The notes beneath the pieces are model-generated. The model ran no database searches. It was not told the DNA's origin and was given only the letters and a program-made list of their open reading frames with translations. The translations under genes were made by a program, and so were the position numbers. A stretch of DNA of 53,464 bases, filler included, from Basidioascus undulatus (lineage: Eukaryota): assembly GCA_000826855.1 (NCBI GenBank). It is 3 parts of 3 records of this genome, joined end to end, with 100 filler letters (N's around TTAATTAATTAA, not from the genome) between each part and the next. Parts side by side here need not be neighbours in the genome. Positions count along the whole stretch, not along the records: positions 1 to 21,855 come from JTLS01000313.1; 2 more parts are not named here. One strand, written 5' to 3'. Shown here one piece after another: positions 1-14,319 of the stretch; the first letter of the stretch is position 1, and each line of letters starts with the position of its first letter.

Positions 1-3878
<3,878 letters not shown>

Positions 3879-3953
3879 ACCCGCGAAGAGCGCAAACACC
3901 AGGTACAGCGTACCGATATCCTTGGCGTTCGTTGACAGGAGCCAACGAGTCAT
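3879..3953 (-). CDS. cox1: Cytochrome c oxidase subunit 1, exon 1 ([25 protein letters not shown])
   Basis: Canonical Cox1 N-terminus [15 protein letters not shown]. The 75 nt exon joins in frame to exon 2. Confidence 0.95.
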
Positions 3954-5030
3954 CGGCTGTCTGGTGCGCACAGGTCTAGTTGTCAGTATCTAGTACGGCG
4001 AGTCCGAGCTCGCCATGCTCTTCCTATAATAAGAGATTAAAAGCTTCTTCTTCTCTGCCGTACCCGCAGCTCTCCTTCTCTGCATTCGCATTTTGATGCA
4101 GATGCGCTGCATCTTCTCTCTCCGCTCTATCTTCCGGCTCGACTTTTTTTTTTGTTTTTGTTTTTATTTTTTTCTTTTTGATTTTTTTTTATAAAAAAAA
4201 TCAAAACAAAAAATAAAAAAGAAAAAAAAAGAGAAGAGCAACGCATCAAAATGCTGAAGAAGAGCACTGCATCTTCTCTCCGTACCGACCCTAATAAGTT
4301 AGAGTGATGCGATGCTCTCTAACCCCCCCCTGCATTCTCTCTTCTCTGCTCTTCCCTGCGGCGTACCGACTGCATTCTGATGCGTAGAGGAGAGGAGCGG
4401 AGAAGAAGAACTGATGCGGTGGGGGGGTAAGGCTGGAAGAAGAAGGACCCTAATAAGTAAGACTGCGGCGTACCAGTGTAGTGAGCATCGTAAGACAATG
4501 GAAAGGGTCTGCTGGACTGACAGGCTTGCAAGTGCCCGTGTGCGTCAAGTATCGTGAGACAATAGTACAGCCGCCCCCTCCGCTCTCTCTTCCGGCTCCC
4601 CTTACCCCCCCCGCATTCTCTCTTCCATGCTCTTCTTCTTTGGAAGAGAGAGCCGAGAAGAAGAACTGATGCAGGGGGGTTAGAGAGCATAAGAAGAAGA
4701 GCACTGCATCTTTGCATTTTGATGCGCTGCTCTCTCTTCCCTGCTCTTCGAAGGCGAAGCCGGAGGGAGCTGAAAGAAGAAGGACTACGGACCCCCATGG
4801 GGGTTTAGAGCGGTAATGCCGTGGGGGAGACAATCGCTATGGATAGGCTCCTGTACCTGGCGAGGGTTGCACCGTTAGAGTATAGTTTGCTCCCCCCTAC
4901 GGGCTACGGACTCCTCTTGCAGGGCTTCGCAGAGAAGTGAGACAACGCATCACTCTCTCTAACCCCCCCTGCCGTACCTCTCCTCTTCGCATCAGAATGC
5001 AGTCATTGGGAGGGGCAGCATTCTTCTCCT

Positions 5031-5125
5031 CTCACTACGCTTCTTTTTTATTTTTTTCTTTTTGATTTTTTTTTATAAAAAAAATCAAAACAAAAAATAA
5101 AAACAAAAGCAGTGGGGGAGGGCAG
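5031..5125. repeat. Long A/T hairpin element (representative copy)
   Basis: T-rich arm, TTTTATAAAA centre, A-rich arm. Related copies at ~28-103, 4141-4232, 6642-6746, 20762-20817, 37345-37385, 38277-38349, 38556-38659, 39471-39542 and 40201-40266. Confidence 0.9.
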
Positions 5126-5267
5126 CATTCAGACTGCATCAAAATGCGGAATGCGGAGGGGGTAAGACTAATAAGTAAGACCCTAATAAGTAAGAGAAGA
5201 TGCAGTCTTACCCTAATAAGTTAGGGAAGGGGAATGACGCATCGTTGCTGCTGGCAGGGTTGAACCG

Positions 5268-6002
5268 CTACTCAGCAGTACGCTCGGCTGACACGTCAAC
5301 CAGAGTGTTCTCGAGCACGCCGATTGCCGGCACGATGATCAAGAACCAGCCGAAGTAGAACGCTGTAGCCGCAGCACCGATTTCGATGTACGGGCTCTCA
5401 ACGTGCTTGGCTCCGATCCATCCGAGCAGAATCAGGTTTACTGCGAAGAACCAGAACGCGGCACGCATCAGTGGTCGGAACTGGGCACCACGCACTCGGG
5501 ATGTGTCAAGCAGAGGCATGGCCAGCAGGATCAATAGCGATCCGAACATGGCCACGACACCGAGAAGCTTGTTAGGAATCGACCGCAGGATGGCGTAGAA
5601 GGGCAAGAGGTACCATTCAGGGACGATCGACGGCGGAGTTTGCATTGGGTTCGCTGGGATGTAGTTGTCGCTGTGTCCTAGTGTGTTAGGCGCGTAGAAC
5701 ACGAAAAGTGACAGTACCAGGAAGAACAGGAAAATGGTAACCAAGTCTTTAAATGTAAAGTATGGGTGCATCGCAAGCCGGTCAGTGTTACCGGTTACGC
5801 CCAGCGGGTTCGAGCTACCGTGTGTGTGCAGTGTCATCAGGTGCACGACCGCCAGCGCAGCCAACAGGAACGGTAGCAGGTAGTGCAGGCTGAAGAACCG
5901 GTTCAACGTTGCGTTGCTTACGCTAAACCCTCCCCAGACGAATTCAACGAAGTCTTGTCCGATCCATGGGATGGCGCTAAGTAGGTTTGTGATAACTGTG
6001 GC
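5268..6002 (-). CDS. cob: Apocytochrome b, exon 3 ([13 protein letters not shown]...PEWY...stop)
   Basis: Contains ATVITNL, RFFSLHY and the PEWY motif, and ends in TAG. The preceding intron ends in G. Confidence 0.97.
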   Translation of the reverse strand, partial: ATVITNLLSAIPWIGQDFVEFVWGGFSVSNATLNRFFSLHYLLPFLLAALAVVHLMTLHTHGSSNPLGVTGNTDRLAMHPYFTFKDLVTIFLFFLVLSLFVFYAPNTLGHSDNYIPANPMQTPPSIVPEWYLLPFYAILRSIPNKLLGVVAMFGSLLILLAMPLLDTSRVRGAQFRPLMRAAFWFFAVNLILLGWIGAKHVESPYIEIGAAATAFYFGWFLIIVPAIGVLENTLVDVSAERTAE

Positions 6003-6918
6003 CAGCTCTCTACGGGGACAGTAGACTGTTCCGTAGAGGCTCGACTGTACATTAAGCGGCTTATTGGGTAAGCCACCCACGAGCGAGGCAGTCAGTAGCG
6101 GAGGAGGAACTCCGAGGGTCTTGAGCCATCTTATGCTCTTGACCGTTATAGCTCGTGTTGCCAGGCTGACGACCATATTGGCACGCAACACTGCAAGCCG
6201 CGTTCACCCTATCACTGCATCGCATTTCCGCTCCTTACTTATTAGGGTCCGTAGTCCTTCTTCTTCTCTGCTCCCTAACCCCCCCCGCATTTCCGCTCCC
6301 CTCCCCTACGCATCAAAATGCAGGGAGGAGCAGCGCATCAAAATGCAAAGATGCAGGGGGGTAAGAGAGCCGGAAGAGAGAGCAGCGCATCAAAATGCAA
6401 AGATGCAGTCCGTAGGGCGGTGGGGGAGGCCTACAGCTGCAAGGTGCCTAGCAGGGAAGTCAGCTGACTATGGCTAACACTCCGCAGGAGAGATGCCCGT
6501 TCAGCTTGTATCGCATCGCCGGGACAATATACGGTCGGACGATCGCAGTGAGTCACCCAGCATCGAGCCAACCATAACCGAGACGGCAGACTGACTGTGC
6601 GGTCCGATTCGTTGTTCCGCGGGCACGCGCGGTGCTCCGCTCTTCTCTTTTTTTTTCTTTTTCTTTCTTTTTTATTTTTTGTTTTGATTTTTTTTATAAA
6701 AAAAAATCAAAAAGAAAAAAATAAAAACAAAAACAAAAAAAAAAGTCGAGCAGAAAGACCGAAGCGTAGCGATAGGCGTTACAAACAGAGCGAGTACAGG
6801 CCTCTGGCTGTGGAACTCTAGTAGCCATGTAGGGCACCGCATCTTCTTCTTATGCTCTCCCCTACGCATCCTGCATCAAAATGCGATGCAGGGAGAGCCG
6901 GAAGATAAATGCAAAGGA
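6003..6918 (-). other. Group I intron 2 of cob (after CDS nt 429), repeat-invaded, with an endonuclease relic
   Basis: Lies between SLWG and ATVIT with U|...G boundaries. Core GCTACTGACTG...GCTTAATGTACAGTCG at ~6042-6100. Confidence 0.9.
6552..6626 (-). pseudogene. Relic of a LAGLIDADG homing endonuclease (VPAEQRIGPHSQSAVSVMVGSMLGD)
   Basis: Hand translation gives RIGPH...GSMLGD, resembling the first motif of cob-intron LAGLIDADG_2 proteins. No intact ORF remains. Confidence 0.6.
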
Positions 6919-6954
6919 ACCCCATAGAGACATCTGACCGTAAGGTAGTACGTA
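6919..6954 (-). CDS. cob: Apocytochrome b, 36 nt exon 2 (YVLPYGQMSLWG)
   Basis: The minus strand reads TAC GTA CTA CCT TAC GGT CAG ATG TCT CTA TGG GGT, exactly filling the gap between exons 1 and 3. It is absent from the ORF track. Confidence 0.95.
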
Positions 6955-8344
6955 CAACCTCTCCACTACTAACAATTACACATTACTTTTAGTAGAAGTT
7001 GTACCTAGTCAACTAGTCAATCCCAGATCTCTCTTTTCTGACTAGCATCATCCTAGGCCTTGAAGATTGTTAAAAACAATCCAGAGGTCCGACTGTACAT
7101 TAAGCACCATTTCAGGCACCCACTAGTGACCCAGTCTGTAGCGATTGTACATACAACCGACGGTCTGAAAAGGTAATGACTTTTTTTGACCGTTTTCACT
7201 AGTATCGCCAGAAAGCTAAAACTAACTTTCCAACATCTCTGTCAAGATGTTCTACTGATCTCCATACATTATAGTGTACGAAATCCCTTTTCTCTATGTA
7301 GATTTACAAGGGATATAACAGTAGGACTATGAGTGTGTACTATATTGTCTATTTAATCTTTATCTGCATCTGCATCAAAATGCGGAATGCGGTGAGGGAA
7401 CATCCCTCTATTGAGAGAATAAGCCATTGTCGTTTAACAATACCATCCGCTTTAAGTGCACGTTGAATTGTCTTTTCACCGCAACCTAGAAAATGAGCTG
7501 CTAGTTTAATGTTAGAAAAATTTTTTTTTTTTCACTAATGTGGGAGGGGTGGATCCATCTAGTGCTGAAACAGTAACTGGTCGTTGATTTACAATACACT
7601 TAGTCCGAGTTTCAGCACTCATTGGTGGACGTGATAGAGCAGCTATTTGTATTTTAGCTCGTGTTTCTCCCATTAGGGGAGGGATAGCGACTTGTTTCGA
7701 TTAAGTGCTCCAATTCGATCTCTGCGAAGCCGCTCTTGTGAATAGTTGTCTTTCATCTTCTGCTTATTTTCTTCGGTATGCTTATAACCGAAAGTATTAG
7801 AAGCCCTTCTTCTTCTCTGGAAGAGGGAGGTGCAATATTGTATGATGGCTTAACTAGTTTAATGTATTGATCTTCAAGTGCAAGAAGGTCCTGTAGATTA
7901 ATTTTAGTGATAGGACCAGGAATAGTAGCAACTACTACAAAAGCAAATTGATTTAGACCATATTTTTCCGCTCTAACCCCCCATGGGGGGTAAGAGCAGA
8001 AGAACAGCTGCTGCTACGAGACGATTTCCAGCAAAAATAAAAAGATGTTTGTATAGACGAGCATAAAGATTGCCAGTAATAGCACTACCAACGTAACATT
8101 TACCGTTAACTAGATTAACAACCAAGTATACTCCAGCATAAGGTTTTAGTAGTTTGTAGGCTATTGACTTAACTGTTTGTTTATGCAAATTCTCGAATAC
8201 AGCTACAGGAGAAAACCCATACTTGTTAAGAATTAGCTGTAGTCGATCAGAAGCAATAATTGGAAGATTACTTAGACAAGAAATAGTGGAATATTCGCAT
8301 TCACTATTTATTATAGTACACACCCATTTTGGGCAACATGTGAT
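6955..8344 (-). mobile_element. Group I intron 1 of cob (after CDS nt 393, ID-like core) with a GIY-YIG ORF
   Basis: Follows TAFLG (GGT) and ends in G. The core at ~7089-7210 is nearly identical to that of cox1 intron 2. The intron is AT-rich relative to the exons. Confidence 0.92.
7395..8344 (-). pseudogene. GIY-YIG homing endonuclease, in frame with cob exon 1, broken by repeat insertions
   Basis: [18 protein letters not shown], then after insertions KYGLNQFAF...LEDQYI...YNIAP, GYKHTEENKQKMK (NUMOD3-like) and IKLAAHFLGC. A stop at 7973 comes from an inserted hairpin. Confidence 0.88.
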
Positions 8345-8737
8345 ACCCAGGAACGCGGTCGCCATCATCACGATAAAAATAACTACACCGACTGACCACG
8401 GCAGAATACGCGGCGATCGGTAACCACCGTAGTACAGGCCACGGGCGATGTGCAGGTAGACGAATACGAAAAAGAACGACGCTGTGTTAGCGTGCAAGTA
8501 TCGCAGTAGCCAACCGTAGTTTACATCACGCATGATATGTTCAACGCTGATGAATGCCATGTCAACGTTCGGCGTGTAGTGCATCGCCAAGATGATACCA
8601 GTCACGATCTGGATACCAAGGCACGTGGCTAGCAGCGAGCCGAAGTTCCACATGTAGCTGATATTAGCCGGCTGCGGCGAGTCGACGACGTAGCTGTTGA
8701 CCAGTGCCAGTAGCGGATGGGACTTGAGTAGTCGCAT
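8345..8737 (-). CDS. cob: Apocytochrome b, exon 1 ([10 protein letters not shown]...ATAFLG)
   Basis: Contains [17 protein letters not shown] and [11 protein letters not shown]. It is 393 nt, and the three exons total 1164 nt. Confidence 0.97.
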
Positions 8738-9862
8738 AGTGCTGTATGGCTCGACGAGACCGTGATCGCCTGGCTCATACCGGTGGCTGAGTCCGGGCGA
8801 CATCGACTCGTATCTCGGGTGAGCAGTCAGGCTGACTGTGCTGTGTGGTTGTCAGTCAGTCCGAAGGGGGAGAGTGTGTACTGACTGTGTAATTCGTGTG
8901 CTGAGTCCGGCTGCTGTACAACCGTGCAAATTCGTGTGGTTGGTACCGTAGTACCCAGTGGCCTCCTTCTTCTTCTCTTCCCCTGCAGAAGAAGAAGTAG
9001 ATGCGGGGGGACGAAGAGAGAACGAGACACTGCGTGAGCTGTGACGGGCTGCTACCTTTAATTCTGAGGCATCGTGGGAGAATGGCTGTACGATCGCACC
9101 GTAGTCACGTACGAGTTGACAGCTGTGTGAGACTGTAGCCAGGTGTTGGCTTCGCATCGGCAGTGAGACGACGGCAATGTGGTCAACTTTCTGCCCTTCC
9201 CCCGCATTCGCTACCCCTCTGTCTTTCTCTCTCTCTCTCTCTTCCGGCTCTTCCTCTGCATTCCGATGCGGAGAGGAGAAGAGCACCGCATCCCTTCGAA
9301 GATGCAGAAGAAGCCGGCTCTTCCCCTGCGGACTGCATCTTTTCTTACTAATAAGAGAAGATGCAGTGCTCCTAAGAGCGGAAGTAGATGCGGGGGGGGA
9401 GAGTATCTTCTGCTCTTACCCCCCCACCGCATTCCGCATTTATCTTCCGGCTCTGCTCCTTCTTCAGCATTTTGATGCGTTGCTCCGCTCTTAGGAGCAG
9501 AGCCGGAAGAGAGAGCGGAGCACAAGAAGAAGATGCAGATGCAGGGGTTAGAGCGGAAAAGCAATGCGGGGGAAGGGATAGGGGCAACGCATCACTCTAA
9601 CCCCCCCCTGCGGCATTCTGACTGCGGCATTCTTCTTGCAGACTGCATCTTCTCTCTCCGCTCTAACTTATTAGGGTAAGAGCAGTCCGTAGGGGGAGTA
9701 CCTCTCCTCTTCGCATCAGAATGCAGAGGGCAGACTAATAGGTAAGAGAAGAGGGCTTCGTCTTCTCTTACCCCCCTGCGGCGTACCGACCGCATCACTC
9801 TAACTTATTAGTCGGTACGGAGAGAAGATGCAGGGGGGGTTAGAGAGAAGGGTGCTGTGAGC

Positions 9863-9933
9863 TGCCGCCTATCCGAATCGAACAGATGTTCACTACTTAC
9901 AAGGTAGGCGTTCTACCACTGAACTAAGGCGGC
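9863..9933 (-). tRNA. trnT: Mitochondrial tRNA-Thr(UGU)
   Basis: GCCGCCT/AGGCGGC acceptor stem, anticodon loop CTTGTAA, T loop GTTCGATT. Confidence 0.88.
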
Positions 9934-10610
9934 TGCCATGTGCTCAGCCTGACTTTCACCGCTGACTGACTATTGTGAGACAAGCGGCATCGCTCACGCA
10001 TCGAGCACGCTTCCTTTACTGGCCTTCCTGTCGGCAGCATAGCACTGAGGGCAAGCGCAAGACGCATTGTCTCACGATATATATTGTCTCTCTCTTCGCT
10101 CTCCCTGCATTTTGCTTCGAAGGCCAAGGGGGAGGAGCAGAAGGCGAAGCCCTTCTCTCTTCCGGCTCTGCTCTGCTCTGCTCTGCTCTGCTCCTAAGAG
10201 CGGAGCGGAGCGGAAGGAGCAGAGAAGAAGAAGCCCTTCATTCGCATTTTGATGCAGATGCAAAAGGGTGAGGAGAGCCTCGCATCCCCTCTGTCAGCAC
10301 TGCATCTTCTCTGCATCTTCTGCTCCGGAGGAGCGGTGATGCGCTGCTACGTACCGACTAATAAGTTAGAGTGATGCGCTTCTTCTTCCTGGCTCTGCTC
10401 CTAAGAGCGGAGCAGAGAAGAGAGTGCGGGGGGGGAGAAAAACAAAGGCGAAAGAAGAAGAAGCGATACGACAGGCAGACAGTCAGGCACAGCAGTACGG
10501 CGTCGGAGTTGCTCAGTCGGTTCGGTACCATAGCGTGTTGTCTCGGCAGTGCACTCTCCTACGGACTGCTACGCACTCGGAGAGGAAGAGGCCCGTTCTG
10601 CTTCCATAAT

Positions 10611-10681
10611 GATCCACGACCGGAATCGAACCGGCATTGTCTGCACGAAAAGCAGTTGTCCTACCGTTGGACGACGTGAAC
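10611..10681 (-). tRNA. trnE: Mitochondrial tRNA-Glu(UUC)
   Basis: Cloverleaf with anticodon arm CTGC-TTTTCGT-GCAG and T arm CCGG-TTCGATT-CCGG. Confidence 0.85.
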
Positions 10682-11396
10682 GCCCAGTCGCACTGACTGA
10701 CCTGTGATGGCTCACTCTCTCCCCCACCGCATCAGTTCGCAGAATGCAGCATTTCCGCTCCCCCCACTACGCTTCTCTGCATCTTCTGCTCCGGAGGAGC
10801 GGTGATGCGCTGCTCCTCCTCCCCATCTCTCTCTCTCTTCCGGCTCTGCTCTGCTCTGCTCCTAAGAGCGGAGCGGAGCGGAGCACCGCATCACTCTAAC
10901 CCCCCCTGCATTTTCGAAGTGATGCGGGGGGGGGGGTAAGAGAAGATGCAGAAGAAGAAGCCGGCTCTGCTCTGCTCTGCTCCTAAGAGCGGAGCGGAGC
11001 GGAGCACCGCATCACTCTAACTTATTAGTCTCCAAGAGGTACTCCCCCTGCGGCGTACCGACTGCTCCCCCCCCTTCGCATTACTCTAACCCCCTGCATT
11101 CGCATTTTGATGCAGATGCGGTGGGGGGGTAAGAGAAGATGCAGGGAGAGCGGAGAGAAGATGCAGAAGAAGAAGCGCTTTTCTCTAACTTATTAGTCGG
11201 TACGTAGCAGCGCATCACCGCTCCTCCGGAGCAGAAGATGCAGAGAAGAAGCAGTCTGCAAGAAGAATGCAGCAGTCAGAATGCCGCAGGGGAGAGCACT
11301 TCACTGGGAAAAGCAGTGAGGTGCTAAAGATGCGGTGAGAGGGGACGCGAAGCCCTGCCTTTAAGGGGGTGGAGGGCTGGTGTTTATTTTCTTTTA

Positions 11397-11435
11397 GCAC
11401 GAAAAGCATGTGTCCTACCGTTAGACTACGTGGGC
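11397..11435 (-). pseudogene. Truncated second tRNA-Glu(UUC) (5' half only)
   Basis: About 33 of 39 nt match the 5' half of the tRNA-Glu at 10643-10681. There is no T arm or 3' acceptor strand. Confidence 0.7.
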
Positions 11436-11459
11436 GATCTGTTTCTTGGCTACCGTGAT

Positions 11460-11530
11460 ATGCGAGCACTGGAGTCGAACCAGTTCTAACGAGTCATGAG
11501 CTCGCTATGCTACCGTTACACCAGCTCGCG
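11460..11530 (-). tRNA. trnM: Mitochondrial tRNA with CAU anticodon (Met, possibly initiator)
   Basis: Anticodon arm GCGAG-CTCATGA-CTCGT and T loop TTCGACT. It has a C1.A72 mismatch, as in initiator tRNAs. Confidence 0.85.
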
Positions 11531-11570
11531 TGTCTCCTTCCGACTGATTAAATTCTGCTGGAGTGAACCG

Positions 11571-11603
11571 GCTACCTTTAACGTATTACAAACGTCTCAC
11601 GAT
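11571..11603 (-). promoter_or_regulatory. Candidate bipartite mitochondrial promoter upstream of trnM (dyad motif, 10 nt, TAAAGGTAGC)
   Basis: The minus strand reads ATCGTGAGACGTT-N10-TAAAGGTAGC, 40 nt before trnM. The same arrangement occurs upstream of cob (9051-9083) and trnR (17685-17712). Function is inferred. Confidence 0.5.
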
Positions 11604-11905
11604 GTCTTACTTAACTCGGTTGCTAGTCGATTGTCTGTGGTGGACCTGAGTCGGTCAGTACTTGCTCTTTGCTAATTGCCTCACGATGCAAGATAAAAAT
11701 CCGTCAGGCTAGCACTTCTTAAAGTACGATGACTACGGCGTGGTCTGCGATGGACTGACAGTGAGTAAGCGGCACTTCTTCTTCTCTGCTCTTCTTCCGC
11801 TCCGCTCTTAGGAGCAGAGAAGAAGAGAGAGCCGGAAGAGAAAAATAGGATCTCCTGCGGACTGCTAAAGGTAGCAAGTCAGCAGCTCAACACGCAACGC
11901 TAGCC

Positions 11906-12673
11906 ATGACGCAATTCACTGTGCTATCGCCACTAGAGCAGTTCGAGGTCACCAGCCTACTGCAGCTCAGTGCACCAGTTCTCGGCGGTACAGTACTGTC
12001 TCTGACAAACCTGGGACTGTACGCCCTGATCGTAACCGCACTGCTGCTAGGCACTCACTACGCAGCCAGCAACGACCACCGACTTGTACCGAGCCGATGG
12101 TCACTGGCGCTTGAGTCACTGTACGCTACTATCCAAGGGATGGCCCGTGAGCAAATCGGACCACGGAACGAAGTGTACCTGCCGTTCATCTACACCCTGT
12201 TCGTGTTCGTGCTCGTGGCTAACCTGAACGGTAACGTGCCGTACGGGTTCACAGTTACAACTTCGGCAGTCGTTTGTCTTGGTGTCAGCGCTGCCATTTT
12301 CCTGGGTGTCACAGTGCTCGGACTGGCTCGTCACGGTCTGCACTTCTTCGCCTTCTTCGTGCCTAGTGGTACACCGCTAGCTCTGGTACCGCTGTTGGTG
12401 CTGATTGAGCTGATCTCGTACGCTGCCCGGTCTGTATCGCTTGGTGTGCGACTGTTTAGCAACATGGTGGCTGGACACACACTGCTGAAAATCCTTGCTG
12501 GTTTCTTGGCACCAGTGTTCACAAACGGCGTACTACTGTTCGTCGTTGGACTAATCCCATTCGCTATCTTCATCGCTCTGATCGGCCTTGAAATCGCGGT
12601 CTCAGTCATCCAAGCGTACGTGCTGACAGTGCTGACTTGCTCGTACATCCGTGACGCTATCGAGCTGCACTAG
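11906..12673 (+). CDS. atp6: ATP synthase F0 subunit a
   Basis: Contains SPLEQF, PLLVLIELISY, SLGVRLFSNMVAGH and LEIAVSVIQAYV. Confidence 0.97.
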   Translation: MTQFTVLSPLEQFEVTSLLQLSAPVLGGTVLSLTNLGLYALIVTALLLGTHYAASNDHRLVPSRWSLALESLYATIQGMAREQIGPRNEVYLPFIYTLFVFVLVANLNGNVPYGFTVTTSAVVCLGVSAAIFLGVTVLGLARHGLHFFAFFVPSGTPLALVPLLVLIELISYAARSVSLGVRLFSNMVAGHTLLKILAGFLAPVFTNGVLLFVVGLIPFAIFIALIGLEIAVSVIQAYVLTVLTCSYIRDAIELH

Positions 12674-14176
12674 CCCACTCCCCTTGCAGTCTGCAAGAAG
12701 AATGCTGCCCCTCTGCATTCTGATGCGAAGAGGAGAGGTACGGAGTCCGTAGCGCATTACTCTCTAACTTATTAGTAAGACCCTAATAAGTTAGAGAAGA
12801 TGTAGAGAATGCCGCTCTGCGAAGCCCTGCATCGCATTCTCTTCCGGCTCCACTTACTTATTAGTTAGAGAGCAACGCATCACCGCTCTAACCCCTGCAT
12901 CTGCATCTTCTTCTTATGCTCCGCTCCGCTCCGCTCTTAGGAGCAGAGCAGAGCAGAGCCGGAAGATAAATGCGGAATGCGGTGGGGGGGTAAGAGCAGA
13001 AGATGCTGAAGAAGATGCAGATGCGAAGGGGGGGAGAGTGGAGACGGCATTGCCATTGTCCCACGATACGATACGTTACATGAACTACGAGACCGCTCAC
13101 AACTGTAGTACAGCAGGGCTCCCCTTCTCTGCTCTTCCCTGCGGCGTACCGACTGCATTCTGATGCGTAGAGGAGAGGAGCCGAGAGGCTGGATGATGTA
13201 TCCTCCTCTGCTCTCTTCCCTGCTCTCTCCTACGGACCCCTGCATCAGTTCTTCTTCCCTGCCCCTAATGGGCTTCGCAGAGAAGGCTCTTCTTCTTATG
13301 CTCCGCTCCGCTCCGCTCTTAGGAGCAGAGCAGAGCAGAGCAGAGCCGGAAGAGAGAGCAGTCTGCAAGAGGTACGGAAGAGAGAATGCGGTGGGGGGTA
13401 AGAGAAGGCGAAGCCCTCCCCCTACGCATCTGCATCAAAATGCGAATGCAGGGAGCTACGCATCACTCTAACCCCTGCATTCTCTCTTCCAAAGAAGAAG
13501 AACTGATGCGGTGGGGGGTAAGAGAAGATGCAGTGCTCTGCTCTGCTCTGCTCCTAAGAGCGGAGCGGAGCGGAGCGGAGCGGAGCGGAAGAAGGACTGC
13601 TCTCTCTGCGAAGCCCTGCTCCCCCCCGCATCTGCATCTTTGCATTTTGATGCGCTGCTCTCCGCTCTTAAGAGCACTGCATCTTCTGCTCTCTTCCGGC
13701 TCTTAAGAGCAGAGAAGAAGGGGGAGCGGTGATGCGATGCTCTCTAACCCCCCTGCATCTGCATCTTCTTCTTGTGCTCCGCTCCGCTCCGCTCTTAGGA
13801 GCAGAGCAGAGCAGAGCCGGAAGATAAATGCGGAATGCGGTGGGGGGTAAGGCTGGAAGAAGGGGGAGCGGAAATGCGATGCAGGGCTTCGCCTTCTCTT
13901 ACCCCCCCACCGCATTTTGATGCAGATGCAGGGGTTAGAGAAGATGCAGTCCTTCGGGGAAGGAGGAGCCGTACCTCTCCTCTCTCCCCCCCACATTACC
14001 GCAAGGCCAAGCCAGGTAACTCTCCCGGCTCTGCTCCTAAGAGCGGAGCACTGCATCTTCTCTTACTTATTAGTTAGAGTGATGCGGTGCATCTTCTCTT
14101 ACTTATTAGTCTTACCCTAATAAGTTAGAGAGAGTGATGCGGTCTGCAAGAGGTACGGAGAGGAGGAGAAGATGCG

Positions 14177-14232
14177 GTCCGTAGTCCGTAGTCCGTAGTC
14201 CGTAGTCCGTAGTCCGTAGTCCGTAGTCCGTA
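14177..14232. repeat. Tandem heptamer (GTCCGTA)x8
   Basis: Directly visible in the sequence. Confidence 0.95.
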
Positions 14233-14319
14233 GGGGCGGACTAGTCGCTGGTTACTAACTTATATATTGTCTCACGATACCTAGTACATACGTGACCAAG
14301 GGGGCTTGCGTTTGTAATA

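Noticed and set aside
5268..6191. 307 aa ORF as a complete cob with a novel N-terminus
   Set aside because: The residues upstream of 6002 are group I intron core read in frame by chance.
9163..14120. Many 60-160 aa ORFs containing LCSAPKSG, HQNA or ASKC
   Set aside because: They are translations of the repeat modules in all frames, with no protein-like signal.
12680..14170. CRISPR-like array
   Set aside because: The repeats are irregular, occur in both orientations, have no constant-length unique spacers and no cas genes, and the context is organellar.
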